Source of the DNA: an uncultured cyanobacterium
GTDB taxonomy: Bacteria; Cyanobacteriota; Cyanobacteriia; Cyanobacteriales; Nostocaceae
DNA: 64,000 bases
Assembly: GCA_963740315.1 (NCBI GenBank)
Contig: CAVUDP010000002.1
Coordinates: 3,392,001-3,456,000 of the forward strand
Reading direction: 5' to 3'
Below the pieces are notes generated by a model. The model was not told where the DNA came from, ran no database searches, and was given only the letters and a program-made list of their open reading frames with translations. This document shows, piece after piece, positions 29,361 through 40,178 of the stretch; position 1 is the stretch's first letter, and each line of letters opens with the position of its first letter. Made by a program: the position numbers and the translations under genes.

Positions 29361-29671
29361 TTTTAAACAAATACCACGGTGCTTTATTACCACACGCGGC
29401 GTTTTTATTCTCAGCTTTAAAAAGACGCTCGTTTCCAAACTACCGATATTTTCTTATGAATTAACTACTATAATGCGCTTATTAAATTTTAGAAGAAGCG
29501 CTTCTTTTAGTCTTTTCAAGCTAAAAAAACTACTGTTAAGTTTTGGTTAATTAATGATAGTTATTATCAATATTGCAACGCATTTAACAGTACCATTCTT
29601 AAATGTTTGCTCTATAATAAGTGAAGTGATTGATACTTCAACTTCACCGGAGCAACTCTGTGTAATTAGAT

Positions 29672-29983
29672 ATGAGCTATCAGGACAATCAAAATCCCTT
29701 GGAATATCGGCGACTTTTAAAACTTGCTAGAGAATACCGCCAGCAAGGTTATTCAGTTACTATCAATCCGTCTCCCGAAAAACTACCTACGGTACTTGCA
29801 GATTGTTCGCTTGACTTGATAGCCGTAAATGAGAAAAAGGTTGTTGCTGCCAAAGTTAGAACGCGACAAAACCTCAATTCAAACGGTTCTGAAGATTTAT
29901 GTCGCATTAGTAAATCAGTACAGCAGCTTCCTGGCTGGGAGTTTGAACTTGTAGTTACAAATTCGCGTAAAAAAGCTGGTTAG
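29672..29983 (+). CDS. Small restriction-endonuclease-fold protein (REase_AHJR-like), possibly degenerate
   Basis: EYRQQGYSV...DLIA...VAAKVR...PGWEFELVV pattern; the usual acidic residue of (D/E)xK appears replaced. Confidence 0.55.
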   Translation: MSYQDNQNPLEYRRLLKLAREYRQQGYSVTINPSPEKLPTVLADCSLDLIAVNEKKVVAAKVRTRQNLNSNGSEDLCRISKSVQQLPGWEFELVVTNSRKKAG

Positions 29984-30324
29984 TATTAAAAAGCAGCTAA
30001 CCATGTGATTTTCTACTTTTAGTTATTCTTGCCAAGCTTGATTGGTAGCTTTTAGCGAAATTCAAAATTTCTGTATATAAGTAATTTTGAATAATCTTTT
30101 TATTTGTGCTTCTACTTATTTGTAATTTTTGGGTTATTTATCGGGAGCTTCCCATGTGTATAACTTTATAAGTCATCAGTCACGATCGATGTGGTTGATG
30201 ACTTATTACTATTTATCTTTTAACTAATGTAGGGATTAGGAAATAGGGATTAGGAAATAGGGAGTAGAAAAAAAGTATTTTTCCATTTGTCAGGAGTTAT
30301 ATTTAATAATTTGGTAAAAATTTG

Positions 30325-31221
30325 TCAAATATCAAGCAAAGCTATAAACTTTTTGATTAAACCAACTGTAACTCCTGGTAATTCTAACTGAGGTGTTAAC
30401 CCGACATTTTCCAATTGTTGAAAAACTTTAATTGCTTGGGGATTCATTTGCGCCAGACGCTGACCAATTTCGGGTCCGGTAAATTGCGATTTTTGTCCCC
30501 AAATAATTGCTGTAGGTATTGTTAATTGTTGAATGAATTGCGATAAATCAAAGCACAAGTCGCCACGTACAAAAGCCAGTGCCGCATATTCAGCATTTGG
30601 TTGTTTTGCAGATTCTAAATAAGCTTCCACAATTTCTTCGTAGACTCGATTAGAATTAGCAAATTGACGTTGTTCTAAAAAGCTACGAATACCACCGCTA
30701 GTTGCAACCCCAGTTGTATAAATTAATTTATCGAGAACTGGCGTACTAACTAACTGTGCGAAAAAGCTACGGGAATAGTTTTCACCAAAATCGGAAAGTC
30801 CTGCTGGAGTCGTAAGAATCAAAGATTTGAATAATTCTGGATGAGTTATGGCGACTCGAATTGTAAATGCTGCCGTTAAAGAAGAAGCAACTACCTTTAC
30901 CGCACCATCGCAGGTTTGCTGCAAAAACTCCGCGATCGCACTTAAGTAATCTTCAACTTGGTAGTTTCGCACTGGATGTTCCGATTCACCCCAACCGATT
31001 AAATCCGGCGCAATAATACGATATTCTGCTGCAAAGGCTGGATAAACTTTTGACCATTCATAGGCAGAAGAACCACCACCAAATCCGTGTAAGAATACCA
31101 AGGTTTCTTTATCTGTAGTGGCAGTCTTATTCTGCCAAGGAGAGCCTGTATTAGTATAGTAAATCATCCTACCTAATGAGGTATTTACCGAGCAGCGCTC
31201 AAATCCCAATGGCTGAAACAT
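30325..31221 (-). CDS. Alpha/beta fold hydrolase
   Basis: FLHGFGGG, APDLIGWGES, IIWG motifs. Confidence 0.9.
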   Translation of the reverse strand: MFQPLGFERCSVNTSLGRMIYYTNTGSPWQNKTATTDKETLVFLHGFGGGSSAYEWSKVYPAFAAEYRIIAPDLIGWGESEHPVRNYQVEDYLSAIAEFLQQTCDGAVKVVASSLTAAFTIRVAITHPELFKSLILTTPAGLSDFGENYSRSFFAQLVSTPVLDKLIYTTGVATSGGIRSFLEQRQFANSNRVYEEIVEAYLESAKQPNAEYAALAFVRGDLCFDLSQFIQQLTIPTAIIWGQKSQFTGPEIGQRLAQMNPQAIKVFQQLENVGLTPQLELPGVTVGLIKKFIALLDI

Positions 31222-31714
31222 AAATATTTGTGTTAATTGTGTCGCTATCTTTATGGGATGGGCGATTACCTGCGATTAAATCTGTATTCACGCAAAATAA
31301 AGCTTACCACTACTTTTATTATCAGCTAAATCTTCACACAATAACTTCTTACTTTGGAGAGATTGAAGCAAATGTAAATTTACTGCGTTTGTTGTAAAGA
31401 TTTGGTGTGTTTTTTTTCGCCACATTAAATGTTTAAGCTTAAGAAAACTGTATTTACAAGCTTTATACGGGTATGGAATATAACTTTAGACATAGGGTTG
31501 CTATCAAAATATTCTGATAGACTATCAGAAACATCACCGATAGGAATGAACGTCAACAAAGCTCAGAATATTGTTTAGCGATTCGCTCTTTGAGTGTAAT
31601 TGTTCTGAATGCTGCTTGTTGAAGATATAGTTTCTACGCTCTTAAATTCAATGCAGTCGGGAAAATGCAACATTTTTTATGTAATTAGTAATTGTAATTT
31701 TTATCTGAGTAATT

Positions 31715-32290
31715 GTGAAACAGGTTAATTTTAGATCCGGTGTAACAACGCTTGAGGAGCCTTACTTTAAGCAAGACATACTTAATAGTTATTCTCAAAG
31801 TTTTACATCAACTTATCCTTTTCAACGTCCTCAAAATGATACAATCAATTTCTTAGAAACTGAGTGTATTTTTTTACAATTGGACAAATTAAAATGCTTT
31901 GAAGTGGTAGAACGTCAATACGAAAGTAGAGGCGTAATTTTTAATAATTGTATTGCCATAGAACCTTCAAATCCGGCATTTCCACCTCGTTCTGGTGTAG
32001 TAGTATTAATGAGTTCCCCTAAAAGCGGATTATTAGAAGCTACCTTTGTACGTCCCGTCAATTTAGTTAGTGCCTTTGTTACCAGTTCCCAGCGATTAGT
32101 GCTGTCTGCTTACGATCGCGATCGCAAGCTGTTAAATCAAGCGGTACTACCATCTAGTAATCTTGCTAACTCCGACTCAGCACTAGCCCCAAATACTTTA
32201 TTGTCTGTGTCGGCACAAAATATTCATTCTATTAGCTTCCACGCTTTTGATGGTCAATTTACCATTGATGACGTAAGTTTTTGTTATTAG
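31715..32290 (+). CDS. Conserved cyanobacterial hypothetical protein
   Basis: Long ORF with PSNPAFPPRSG and FTIDD motifs; start uncertain. Confidence 0.7.
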   Translation: MKQVNFRSGVTTLEEPYFKQDILNSYSQSFTSTYPFQRPQNDTINFLETECIFLQLDKLKCFEVVERQYESRGVIFNNCIAIEPSNPAFPPRSGVVVLMSSPKSGLLEATFVRPVNLVSAFVTSSQRLVLSAYDRDRKLLNQAVLPSSNLANSDSALAPNTLLSVSAQNIHSISFHAFDGQFTIDDVSFCY

Positions 32291-32451
32291 TATTGCCAAC
32301 AGCAAATTTTACTTTTATAATTGCCTACGATTCTGAATAAGTGCCTTTAAGTATTATAAAATATAGACTTTCTGGTAAAAATATTATAGATTCTTAATTT
32401 TGATAGAAAATCCTCGATTCAGCAAATCTTAAATATTGGTAGGTAGGTAAC

Positions 32452-33210
32452 GTGGCAAAATCGGCTTCGTCTTATTGGCAGCGATTCATCAAAAATATCC
32501 CATTCGGGGAGCTTCCGCAGTTAAAGACAACAGCCAAAAAACGAATATTGCATTATAGAAGCCCAGCAACTGTTCTTTGGTTCCTAACAATCGTTGTTGC
32601 CATGTTTTTGTGGAACCCGAAGTTATTATTTTCTTGCAGCGCGGGCGTTTTGGTAATGCTATTTGTCTATTCGATGCCGCAGTGGAACTGGTCGCAATTT
32701 TGGTGTCATATACGTAATTTCCTCCAAACTCCTCACGGACGTTTAGTATTATCGGTAACTAGTGGCGGAATTGCTTGTCTGGGTACTTATACCGCAGCAA
32801 CAATTTGGTTTAATGCGCCCAATGTTTGGATTGGTGCGGGTGCAATTGTCCAAGGATTAGCAACCGTACTAACTTTAATTTTATTAGCTCAGTTGCTAAT
32901 CAGTTTATATGGAAATCAGGAAGATAAAGTAGAGCAGTTTTTAGAGAATTTAACAGATACAGATCCGCTTAAACGTTTAATTAGCGTGCGTCAGTTGACA
33001 AAATTAGCCACTCAACAACTAGAGCCAGACACAAAGCAATATATTATTGAATGCTTCCAACTTTTGCTAACAACAGAATCAGAAGCAGCAATTCGAGATG
33101 CAGCTTTTGATAGTTTGCAAGCATTGGAACCAGCCCCTCAACCTGGATCGCATATGAAGACAACTTTAATACCCTTTTCCATCAAAGCCAAAAACCGCGT
33201 TTCTTGTTGA
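32452..33210 (+). CDS. Membrane protein with C-terminal HEAT/armadillo-like repeat
   Basis: About 4 TM helices, then LTDTDPLKRLISVRQL...EAAIRDAAFDSL. Confidence 0.75.
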   Translation: MAKSASSYWQRFIKNIPFGELPQLKTTAKKRILHYRSPATVLWFLTIVVAMFLWNPKLLFSCSAGVLVMLFVYSMPQWNWSQFWCHIRNFLQTPHGRLVLSVTSGGIACLGTYTAATIWFNAPNVWIGAGAIVQGLATVLTLILLAQLLISLYGNQEDKVEQFLENLTDTDPLKRLISVRQLTKLATQQLEPDTKQYIIECFQLLLTTESEAAIRDAAFDSLQALEPAPQPGSHMKTTLIPFSIKAKNRVSC

Positions 33211-33224
33211 TGATATTAGGTAAT

Positions 33225-33367
33225 GGAGATGGGGAGATAGGGAGATAGGGAGATAGGGAGATGGGGTAGAGGGGGTAGAGGGGGTAGAGGGGGTAGAGGG
33301 GGTAGATAATTCTTAACTCCTCACTCCTAACTCCTAACTCCTAACTCCTAACTCTTTAACCTTTAAC
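33225..33367. repeat. Composite STRR block
   Basis: GGGAGAT(A) units, GGGGTAGAG units, ATAATTCTT junction, CTCCTAA units, CTTTAAC units. Confidence 0.9.
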
Positions 33368-33377
33368 ATGCAGACCT

Positions 33378-34127
33378 TTAACCTTTGACCTGATAAACTT
33401 TTCCATCACGTACTTGTACTACTCTTTGGTTGCAGCGTCGTACCAAATGTTCGTCGTGAGTTGTAACAATTACTGTCGCCCCAAAGGTATTTAATTTACG
33501 CAATATTTGGATTATTTGCCAAGAATTATCTGGGTCTAGATTTCCGGTTGGTTCATCTGCTAAAAGTAAGGGTGGGGTTGCTACAATTGCTCGCGCCATA
33601 CTTACTCGTTGTTGCTCTCCTCCAGAAAGACAATCGGGAAAAGAGTTAGCTTTACTCAGTAAACCTACTAACTTTAAAGTAGGTTCTAATCGTCTTTGAA
33701 TTTCTTTGCGCGTGTAACCTTGAGCTTGCAGTACTACAGAGATATTTTCCTTTACCGTTCGCTGGGGAATTAACTTATAGTCTTGAAAAACAATACCAAT
33801 ACGTCGCCGTAACAAAGACAAGTTGTCACCACGTAACGCCGACACATTGCGATCGTCAACAATTACTTCTCCCTGTGTGGCTAATTCTTCGCCATAGAGT
33901 AGTTTTAGTAAAGTCGATTTACCAGAACCACTAGGTCCGGTAATAAATAAAAATTCCCCTTTTTTAATGCTTAAGCTGGCATTTTCCAAAGCATTAGCCC
34001 CGTTAGCATAGGTTTTTGTCACCGAACGCAGTTGCACCATAAATTCACTGCTACAATATTTATCTTTATTTTCTTGTGGAAAATCAGCAGATTTATCAAT
34101 TGTGTTATTGGGTGTAATTACTGCCAT
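33378..34127 (-). CDS. ftsE: Cell division ATP-binding protein FtsE
   Basis: [45 protein letters not shown]. Confidence 0.88.
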   Translation of the reverse strand: MAVITPNNTIDKSADFPQENKDKYCSSEFMVQLRSVTKTYANGANALENASLSIKKGEFLFITGPSGSGKSTLLKLLYGEELATQGEVIVDDRNVSALRGDNLSLLRRRIGIVFQDYKLIPQRTVKENISVVLQAQGYTRKEIQRRLEPTLKLVGLLSKANSFPDCLSGGEQQRVSMARAIVATPPLLLADEPTGNLDPDNSWQIIQILRKLNTFGATVIVTTHDEHLVRRCNQRVVQVRDGKVYQVKG

Positions 34128-34230
34128 TGCTCTTTATGAAAATTAAATACAAAGTTGAATACAAAATAAGTATTCCCAGAGCAAGCCTGGGAATATCAAA
34201 ATATTTATTTAAAATTTTCGAGAGTAATTA

Positions 34231-34352
34231 AGGTTAAAGGTTAAAGGTTAAAGGTTAAAGAGTTAGGAGTGAGGAATTAAGAATTATCTACCCCCTCTAC
34301 CCCCTCTACCCCCTCTTCCCCATCTCCTCATCTCCCCCTCTCCCCGTCTCCT
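34231..34352. repeat. Composite STRR block, inverted relative to 33225-33367
   Basis: GGTTAAA units, GAGTTAGGAGTGAGG, AAGAATTATCTACCCC junction, CCCCATCTCC units. Confidence 0.9.
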
Positions 34353-34367
34353 TTTCTTTATAAAAAC

Positions 34368-35117
34368 TCAAGCGCCTTTTGTTTTGACACCATAAATCAA
34401 GGCTTTGAAGGCAAATTTGGGTAAAGCCAACATCCGCCGCCATCGCCAAGGTTCTTGATAAAGACGATATAGCCATTCTAAATTGTTATCACCCAGCCAA
34501 GCAGGAGCGCGGGTTTTGGTTCCCGACCAAATGTCAAAACTGCCACCTACGCCAATCCAAGTAGCTTGCGGACACAAATGACGGTTTTTTTCAATCCAAA
34601 ATTCTTGACGCGGTACTCCCAAACCGACATAAATAACTTGCGGCTGCATTTGAGAGAGAGTAGAGCGTAATTTTTCTTCTTCTTCTGGTGAATGATAGCC
34701 AGAATGAGTTCCGACTATATTCAAACCGGGAACTTTTGCCTGACAAGATTTTGCTGCTGCTGCTGCGGTTCCGGGTTTTCCTCCATAGAAAAATACCGTT
34801 GAATCAGAAGAATTTTGTCCAATTTCGCCTAATAGTGCTTCTGCTAACTCAATTCCTGGAATTCGACGTACATCTTGTTTTAAAAGCAATCGTAAATATA
34901 AAACTATTCCAGCACCGTCCGGAATTACCAAATCGGCAGCTTTAATTATCGTCGCGAGAGTTTCATTTCGTTCCGCTTGCATGGTCATTTCTGCATTCAG
35001 CGTAACTACGTGAGTTCCCATTCTCTGTTGCAACCGTTCTAACAAGTAGCCTGGATAGTTGGTAGCTACATGAATCGGTAGTCCTAAAACTGAAAAATTT
35101 TTAGGCGGTTTAATCAT
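34368..35117 (-). CDS. WecB/TagA/CpsF family glycosyltransferase
   Basis: VTLNAE, PDGAG, GLGVPRQE, GVGGSFD, LEWLYRLYQEPWR. Confidence 0.93.
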   Translation of the reverse strand: MIKPPKNFSVLGLPIHVATNYPGYLLERLQQRMGTHVVTLNAEMTMQAERNETLATIIKAADLVIPDGAGIVLYLRLLLKQDVRRIPGIELAEALLGEIGQNSSDSTVFFYGGKPGTAAAAAKSCQAKVPGLNIVGTHSGYHSPEEEEKLRSTLSQMQPQVIYVGLGVPRQEFWIEKNRHLCPQATWIGVGGSFDIWSGTKTRAPAWLGDNNLEWLYRLYQEPWRWRRMLALPKFAFKALIYGVKTKGA

Positions 35118-35839
35118 GCTTTAATCTAAATTTGCCTTACACCAAGTCAAGTACGAAGCTAGTTTATCAAATTTGTTCCTTAATTGTTCGTGTTTCAATT
35201 TCAGTTACAGCTTCACTAATTGCTGAAATCATACTAAATTAGTATTTCGCTCAAGATGAAGAGAATTAGTTATTTTACCCATAATTTGTAGCCCAGCTTA
35301 CTCAATATTATTTAGTTAAAAGCTCAAAGATAATTACAAACACTTAAATACAAAAAATAAGAATAGGTTTTACAACGTTGTATTCTAAGTAGCATTTTCA
35401 AGCGCATCCTTAAACAAACAATTGCAAACAGACTGACAGTATCTTCCAAAACGCCAGTATACTTTTAACAAAGGAGGTGAAAGCAAGTAATAGGAATGTA
35501 GTTAAGTTTAATCGCCAGCGTACAGCTTTTGAGACGAGAATACTATTAATAGGGTAAAATTAACTACTTAGGCACATTATCGTTAATTAACTCTAAGCCA
35601 AAGATTGTATATTTAAACGCTCTTCTTGTATTAGATGCTGTTAAATAAGGCGTAATAAACTCAAATTGTATATTAATAGTGTTTGCAATAACGGTAATGA
35701 ATACTAAAAGTAATAATATATCAACCACCGCTGGTGAGATTTATGCAATTAAGGTACAGATGTGAAGGAAACTGTATATGAATAGACTTTTTAGTAAACT
35801 CCATTTTACAGTTAATAGTTTAACGGGCAGAAAGTTACC

Positions 35840-36556
35840 ATGACTAAAATTCGCGTTGCTTTAATTGAAGATCACGATCTTACCCGTCTGGGTATTCGGA
35901 CAACATTACAGCGAAATGTTGATTTTGAAATAGTAGGAGAAGCTACGAATGCTAAAGACGGACTGAAAATGTTAAAAACGCTGCATCCGGATGTAGCAAT
36001 CGTAGATATTGGTTTACCTGATAAAGATGGAATTGAATTAACTAGAGAAGCCAAATCCGCAGCACCGGGATTGTTAACTAAAATCCTGATTCTGACTTTA
36101 CGCGACAGTAAAGAAGCCGTGCTTGCAGCTTTCGCAGCTGGTGCGGATTCTTACTGCATGAAAGATAAATACGATAGCTTACTTGAAGCGGTGCGTCATA
36201 CTCACAATGGTAACGCTTGGATTGACCCGGCGATCGCTCGCATTGTTTTGCAGCAAGCGCAAGAAAATCCACCGCATTCGCAAGCAACCTCAGAAACTAA
36301 TCAGTTTGTTGAAAAATCTGAGTTTAATAATCCTAATAGCAATCAAAATCTAATTGACCCTTATACTCTTACTGAAAGAGAATTAGAAGTATTGCAGCTA
36401 ATTGTAGAAGGTTGTAGTAACGCTAATATCGCCGAAAGACTTTACATTACCGTAGGAACTGTAAAAACTCACGTTCGTAATATTTTGAACAAGTTATGCG
36501 CCGACGATCGCACTCAAGCTGCCGTGCGTGCTTTACGTTCTGGGTTGGTAGGATAG
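35840..36556 (+). CDS. NarL/LuxR-family response regulator
   Basis: Receiver domain (EDH..VDIGLP..K) + LuxR HTH LTERELEVL...TVKTHVRNI. Confidence 0.95.
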   Translation: MTKIRVALIEDHDLTRLGIRTTLQRNVDFEIVGEATNAKDGLKMLKTLHPDVAIVDIGLPDKDGIELTREAKSAAPGLLTKILILTLRDSKEAVLAAFAAGADSYCMKDKYDSLLEAVRHTHNGNAWIDPAIARIVLQQAQENPPHSQATSETNQFVEKSEFNNPNSNQNLIDPYTLTERELEVLQLIVEGCSNANIAERLYITVGTVKTHVRNILNKLCADDRTQAAVRALRSGLVG

Positions 36557-36746
36557 GCTTTTTCGTCTTGTCTAGGTATTATCACTGAGGTTAGATAAAG
36601 GCAAAAATATTACATTTATCCGATTTTGTGTTAGGACTGTGGGGGGATGTTAATAACTACCTGTGTGTTCCAAACGGAATGATACGGCAAGATGAAATTT
36701 TTACAGTCTTGCTTGTTAAAAAAATATATGAAATTAAAAGTCAACT

Positions 36747-38444
36747 ATGACTGAGATTGAGGCAGGCAAACTCAAATTAATGGTGGTAGATGACGAGCTA
36801 GATAACCTCGATTTACTTTACCGCACTTTTCGGCGAGATTTTAAAGTATTCAAGGCTAGTGATGCTCGTACTGCTCTAGAAATTCTAGACAAAGAAGGCG
36901 AAATGGCTGTGATCATCTCCGATCAAAGAATGCCAGAGATGAACGGGACTGAATTTTTTGGTCTGACGGTGGAGCGTTTTCCGGATACAATTCGGATTCT
37001 GCTTACGGGTTTTACCGATGTCGAAGATTTAGTTGAGGCGATTAATTCAGGTCAGGTCTTTAGGTACATTACCAAACCTTGGAAACCAGATCAACTTCGT
37101 TCCTTAGTCGAGCAAGCTACCCAAACCTATCACTTAGTAAAAAAAAGTACATTAAGCTTACGCCGTTCTCTGCGGCGAGAATCCTTAGTTAATGCAGTTA
37201 CAACAGCGATTCGGGAATCTTTGGATTACCGTAGTATGCTGCAAAAAATTGTAGCAACAATTGGGCAAACTTTTGAAGCGGCTTGTTGTATGCTCAGACC
37301 AATTGAAGGAGAAAGTTTAGCACCAGACGAGTTTTTCTACAGCGATAATAGCGGACATGAGAATTGCTATTTTAACTTTACTTCCTTAATGGAAAAAGTT
37401 CTCGTTAGCCGTAATTGCGAAGTCACAGAATTTACTGACGATGATGGCAAAAGCTATCAGCAGTTAGCCGTACCGCTGATTTATCAGCAACACCTACAGG
37501 CAGTACTCGTTCTTCATCAGCAGTATGGCGATGCCCAAGGGGCGACGCTTCGAGCGTATCGCAACTGGCAGCATGAAGATATTGAATTAATTTCCGGCGT
37601 TGCGGAACAAGCTGCGTTAGCTCTTTCTCAGGCAAAACTTTATCAGAGCCTCCAGCAAAAGCAAGAACAGATTCATGCTGAATTGGAAGTTGCTCGTCAA
37701 ATTCAGCACAATTTGCTGCGTCAAAGTTTACCTGAAATGGAAGGAGTAAAGGTACAAGCTTGCTGCTACCCAGCACGAGAAGTTGGGGGAGATTTTTTTG
37801 AAGTTTTCGTTCATCCCAAAGGCGATTTATGGTTGGCTGTAGGTGATGTTTCCGGTAAAGGGGTTCCTGCTGCACTGTTTATGGCTAGTGCGATATCAGT
37901 TTTACGTCGGGAATTATCTCAAGAAACCCCTGCAATGCCGAATATAGTCATGAGAAATTTAAATCAGGCTTTAGGGGACGATCTTGTAAGCAACAATTAC
38001 TTTATTACTATGGTATTGGCTCGATATTCTCCCACTACCAAGCAATTAGTTTATGCTAACGCCGGTCATATTTATCCTATAGTATGTTCGCAAAAAGATT
38101 CGCAATCGGACGAACCCAATTTTCTTAAAGTACGTGGAGTTCCTTTAGGTATATTACCCGAATGGAAAGCAGAATCGGGAGAATGGCAACTTGCTTTAGA
38201 GGATATTTTACTGCTTGCGAGTGATGGAATTACTGAAGCTCAAGTTTCAATCAAGACGATGGTTGATAAAGAATCAGATGGTGTTGAACCGCTGACACGT
38301 TCTATGCTTAATCAAGAAGGACTTTGGCAATTATTAATTGAGCAAGAAAAACCACTCAGCCTCAATAAATTGTTGAATCGCATCCACCTTGATACTGAGG
38401 TTCAAGAAGATGACCAAACTATACTTTCACTGGAGGTTTTATAA
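36747..38444 (+). CDS. REC-GAF-SpoIIE (PP2C) phosphatase, RsbU-like
   Basis: Receiver, GAF, EVGGDF, GDVSGKG, ANAGH, SDGITEA and DDQT motifs. Confidence 0.93.
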   Translation: MTEIEAGKLKLMVVDDELDNLDLLYRTFRRDFKVFKASDARTALEILDKEGEMAVIISDQRMPEMNGTEFFGLTVERFPDTIRILLTGFTDVEDLVEAINSGQVFRYITKPWKPDQLRSLVEQATQTYHLVKKSTLSLRRSLRRESLVNAVTTAIRESLDYRSMLQKIVATIGQTFEAACCMLRPIEGESLAPDEFFYSDNSGHENCYFNFTSLMEKVLVSRNCEVTEFTDDDGKSYQQLAVPLIYQQHLQAVLVLHQQYGDAQGATLRAYRNWQHEDIELISGVAEQAALALSQAKLYQSLQQKQEQIHAELEVARQIQHNLLRQSLPEMEGVKVQACCYPAREVGGDFFEVFVHPKGDLWLAVGDVSGKGVPAALFMASAISVLRRELSQETPAMPNIVMRNLNQALGDDLVSNNYFITMVLARYSPTTKQLVYANAGHIYPIVCSQKDSQSDEPNFLKVRGVPLGILPEWKAESGEWQLALEDILLLASDGITEAQVSIKTMVDKESDGVEPLTRSMLNQEGLWQLLIEQEKPLSLNKLLNRIHLDTEVQEDDQTILSLEVL

Positions 38445-38447
38445 ACA

Positions 38448-38894
38448 ATGAAAAGCGAGCTTCACGTACCAAGTAACTTGAAGTATTTAAATGTTGTGGA
38501 AAACTGGCTGCTTGGATGCTTACAAGCGGAATTAGGAGAATCGGTAGATTGGAAACGGCAGTCAAATCGTTTGCGTTTAGTTTTAGTTGAAGCTTACTCA
38601 AATGCAGTGCGTCACGCTCATAAGGAACAACCATCTGTCCCGATTGTGATTCGCTTGGAACTAAAAAAAAGGGATTTAGCCCTGGAAGTTTGGGACAAAG
38701 GTGAAGGTTATGATATGTCTACTTATTTTCCTCCCAAACCTGTAGAAAAACAAGAAGGAGGTTATGGGTGGTTGATTATGAACCGTTTGATGGACAAAGT
38801 AGAGTACGAATTACAAGTTGATGGTGGTAATTGTCTTAAGTTAGAAGCCAATTTGCCACAAACAGTAGAAATTGAAGAAAAAGTTCAAAATTAA
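38448..38894 (+). CDS. Anti-sigma factor Ser/Thr kinase (RsbW-like HATPase)
   Basis: EAYSNAVRHA, DKGEG, EGGYGWLIM; directly follows the SpoIIE gene. Confidence 0.9.
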   Translation: MKSELHVPSNLKYLNVVENWLLGCLQAELGESVDWKRQSNRLRLVLVEAYSNAVRHAHKEQPSVPIVIRLELKKRDLALEVWDKGEGYDMSTYFPPKPVEKQEGGYGWLIMNRLMDKVEYELQVDGGNCLKLEANLPQTVEIEEKVQN

Positions 38895-38984
38895 CTTTAA
38901 CTATAATTCGATCTCACTCATATCGTTTACAAACCATTTTAGGAAAAAATTGTCTTGGATAGCGATCTTTTTGCTCACAGCTAG

Positions 38985-39335
38985 CTGAAACCAACCAGCG
39001 AGCATTCTCAGACAACCAGCGAGCGAGACGCTCGCACTACGCAAACTCCGCAAAACTTATGTGGTTGACCACTATCCGCCACATAAGTTTTGATGGGTAA
39101 AAAGGCTCGTAGTAAGCGCTTCAGCGCCTCCGGATTTGGGCTTAAGCCCTTACTACAAACCTGTCAAAATTAATGAAATGCGCTACTACTACGGAGCCAC
39201 ATTTAATATGATGGGTAATACATTCGTAGTGCTGCCTTCCGCACCTACGGTGAACTCGTAGCGTGTCCTCTTAGGACAGCTTCTAGCTCGCTCGTTACGT
39301 AAAGCGAACTAAAAGCAACCAGTGAGACGCTCGCT
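38985..39335. mobile_element. Cluster of REP/MITE-like elements with nested mini-inserts
   Basis: GCGAGCGAGACGCTCGCACTAC, GTAGTAAG..CTTACTAC core, TGATGGGTAA flanks, GCGTGTCCTCTTAGGAC insert. Confidence 0.6.
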
Positions 39336-39680
39336 AAGGGTAAATATTTTACTTCGCTTACTTATGTACCCGTGCAAAATCTGACAAATTAATTTAACTT
39401 GAATCTAAGCGTTTAAGTTAACAATACTTAATTAAGATGATAATTTTTACTAAGTTTATTTGATTAATATCTGGGAATCATCAAATAATGGAAAAGTGGC
39501 TGCACCTTTAACTAGTTATCTCAACTCCGCGAATGCAATGCTGGGATTAACTAAATTAAGGGTGAGATGCTTGTAAGTATGCGCTAAGGTAACTTATCTC
39601 GAAAAGTTCTCGTGCTTTACCGAGTGTCCTTAGCTCAAAATTATTTGAATACCCAAATATTGTAATTAGTAACGACGTTT

Positions 39681-40121
39681 ATGAAAGCTTCGTTTTGTTT
39701 GTCACCGCGCTACCGTTTAGATGATGAGTTACCTTGGCTAGAGGGAATAGATCCCAGTCGTCATTATTGGATTAAGGTAAATAGCGATAGTAATCTAACA
39801 GTCGCAATTCCTGGACTATTAATTTCCTCTATAGATGAAATGAAGCAAGCAATGAAACAATTTCGCTCGCTTCAGCCTGGTGAACAAATGACTTTAGAAA
39901 GAGTTGCCAGTAGTTGTAAAATTTACTGTATCAGCAGCAACTGTTATGCGATCGAAACAGAAATACTGGATGCAGCAGTTTGGCATTTATTTGACGAAGA
40001 AACTTTAGATAGTTTATTAATGACTGCCCATCCCGACTGGCAATGCTCTTCTTCCGATGTCGAGTTAGGGCGAAAATTATTAGTACGTTCCTTACAACAA
40101 GCTACAGCAAATAAAACTTGA
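39681..40121 (+). CDS. Conserved cyanobacterial hypothetical protein
   Basis: YRLDDE.PWLEGIDP.R.YW and WHLFD.ETL.SLL.TAHPDWQC motifs. Confidence 0.75.
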   Translation: MKASFCLSPRYRLDDELPWLEGIDPSRHYWIKVNSDSNLTVAIPGLLISSIDEMKQAMKQFRSLQPGEQMTLERVASSCKIYCISSNCYAIETEILDAAVWHLFDEETLDSLLMTAHPDWQCSSSDVELGRKLLVRSLQQATANKT

Positions 40122-40178
40122 GTATGTTATTTATCAATCGTCTTTATTTAATATCCGGGTTTGATATCCAATTTTAAT

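Larger units (their letters stand above)
27823..29455 (+). mobile_element. IS200/IS605-superfamily IscB element (no tnpA in the element)
   Basis: Left-end GTCAGCAACTCAGGTCTAAAGAGACTGAGCTT hairpin, omegaRNA-type leader, iscB ORF, right end ...GTTTCC...ATTTTCTT followed by ATGAA. Confidence 0.8.

Noticed and set aside
29281..29550. 89-aa ORF overlapping the iscB end
   Set aside because: Spans the IS right end, with low-complexity composition and no RBS.
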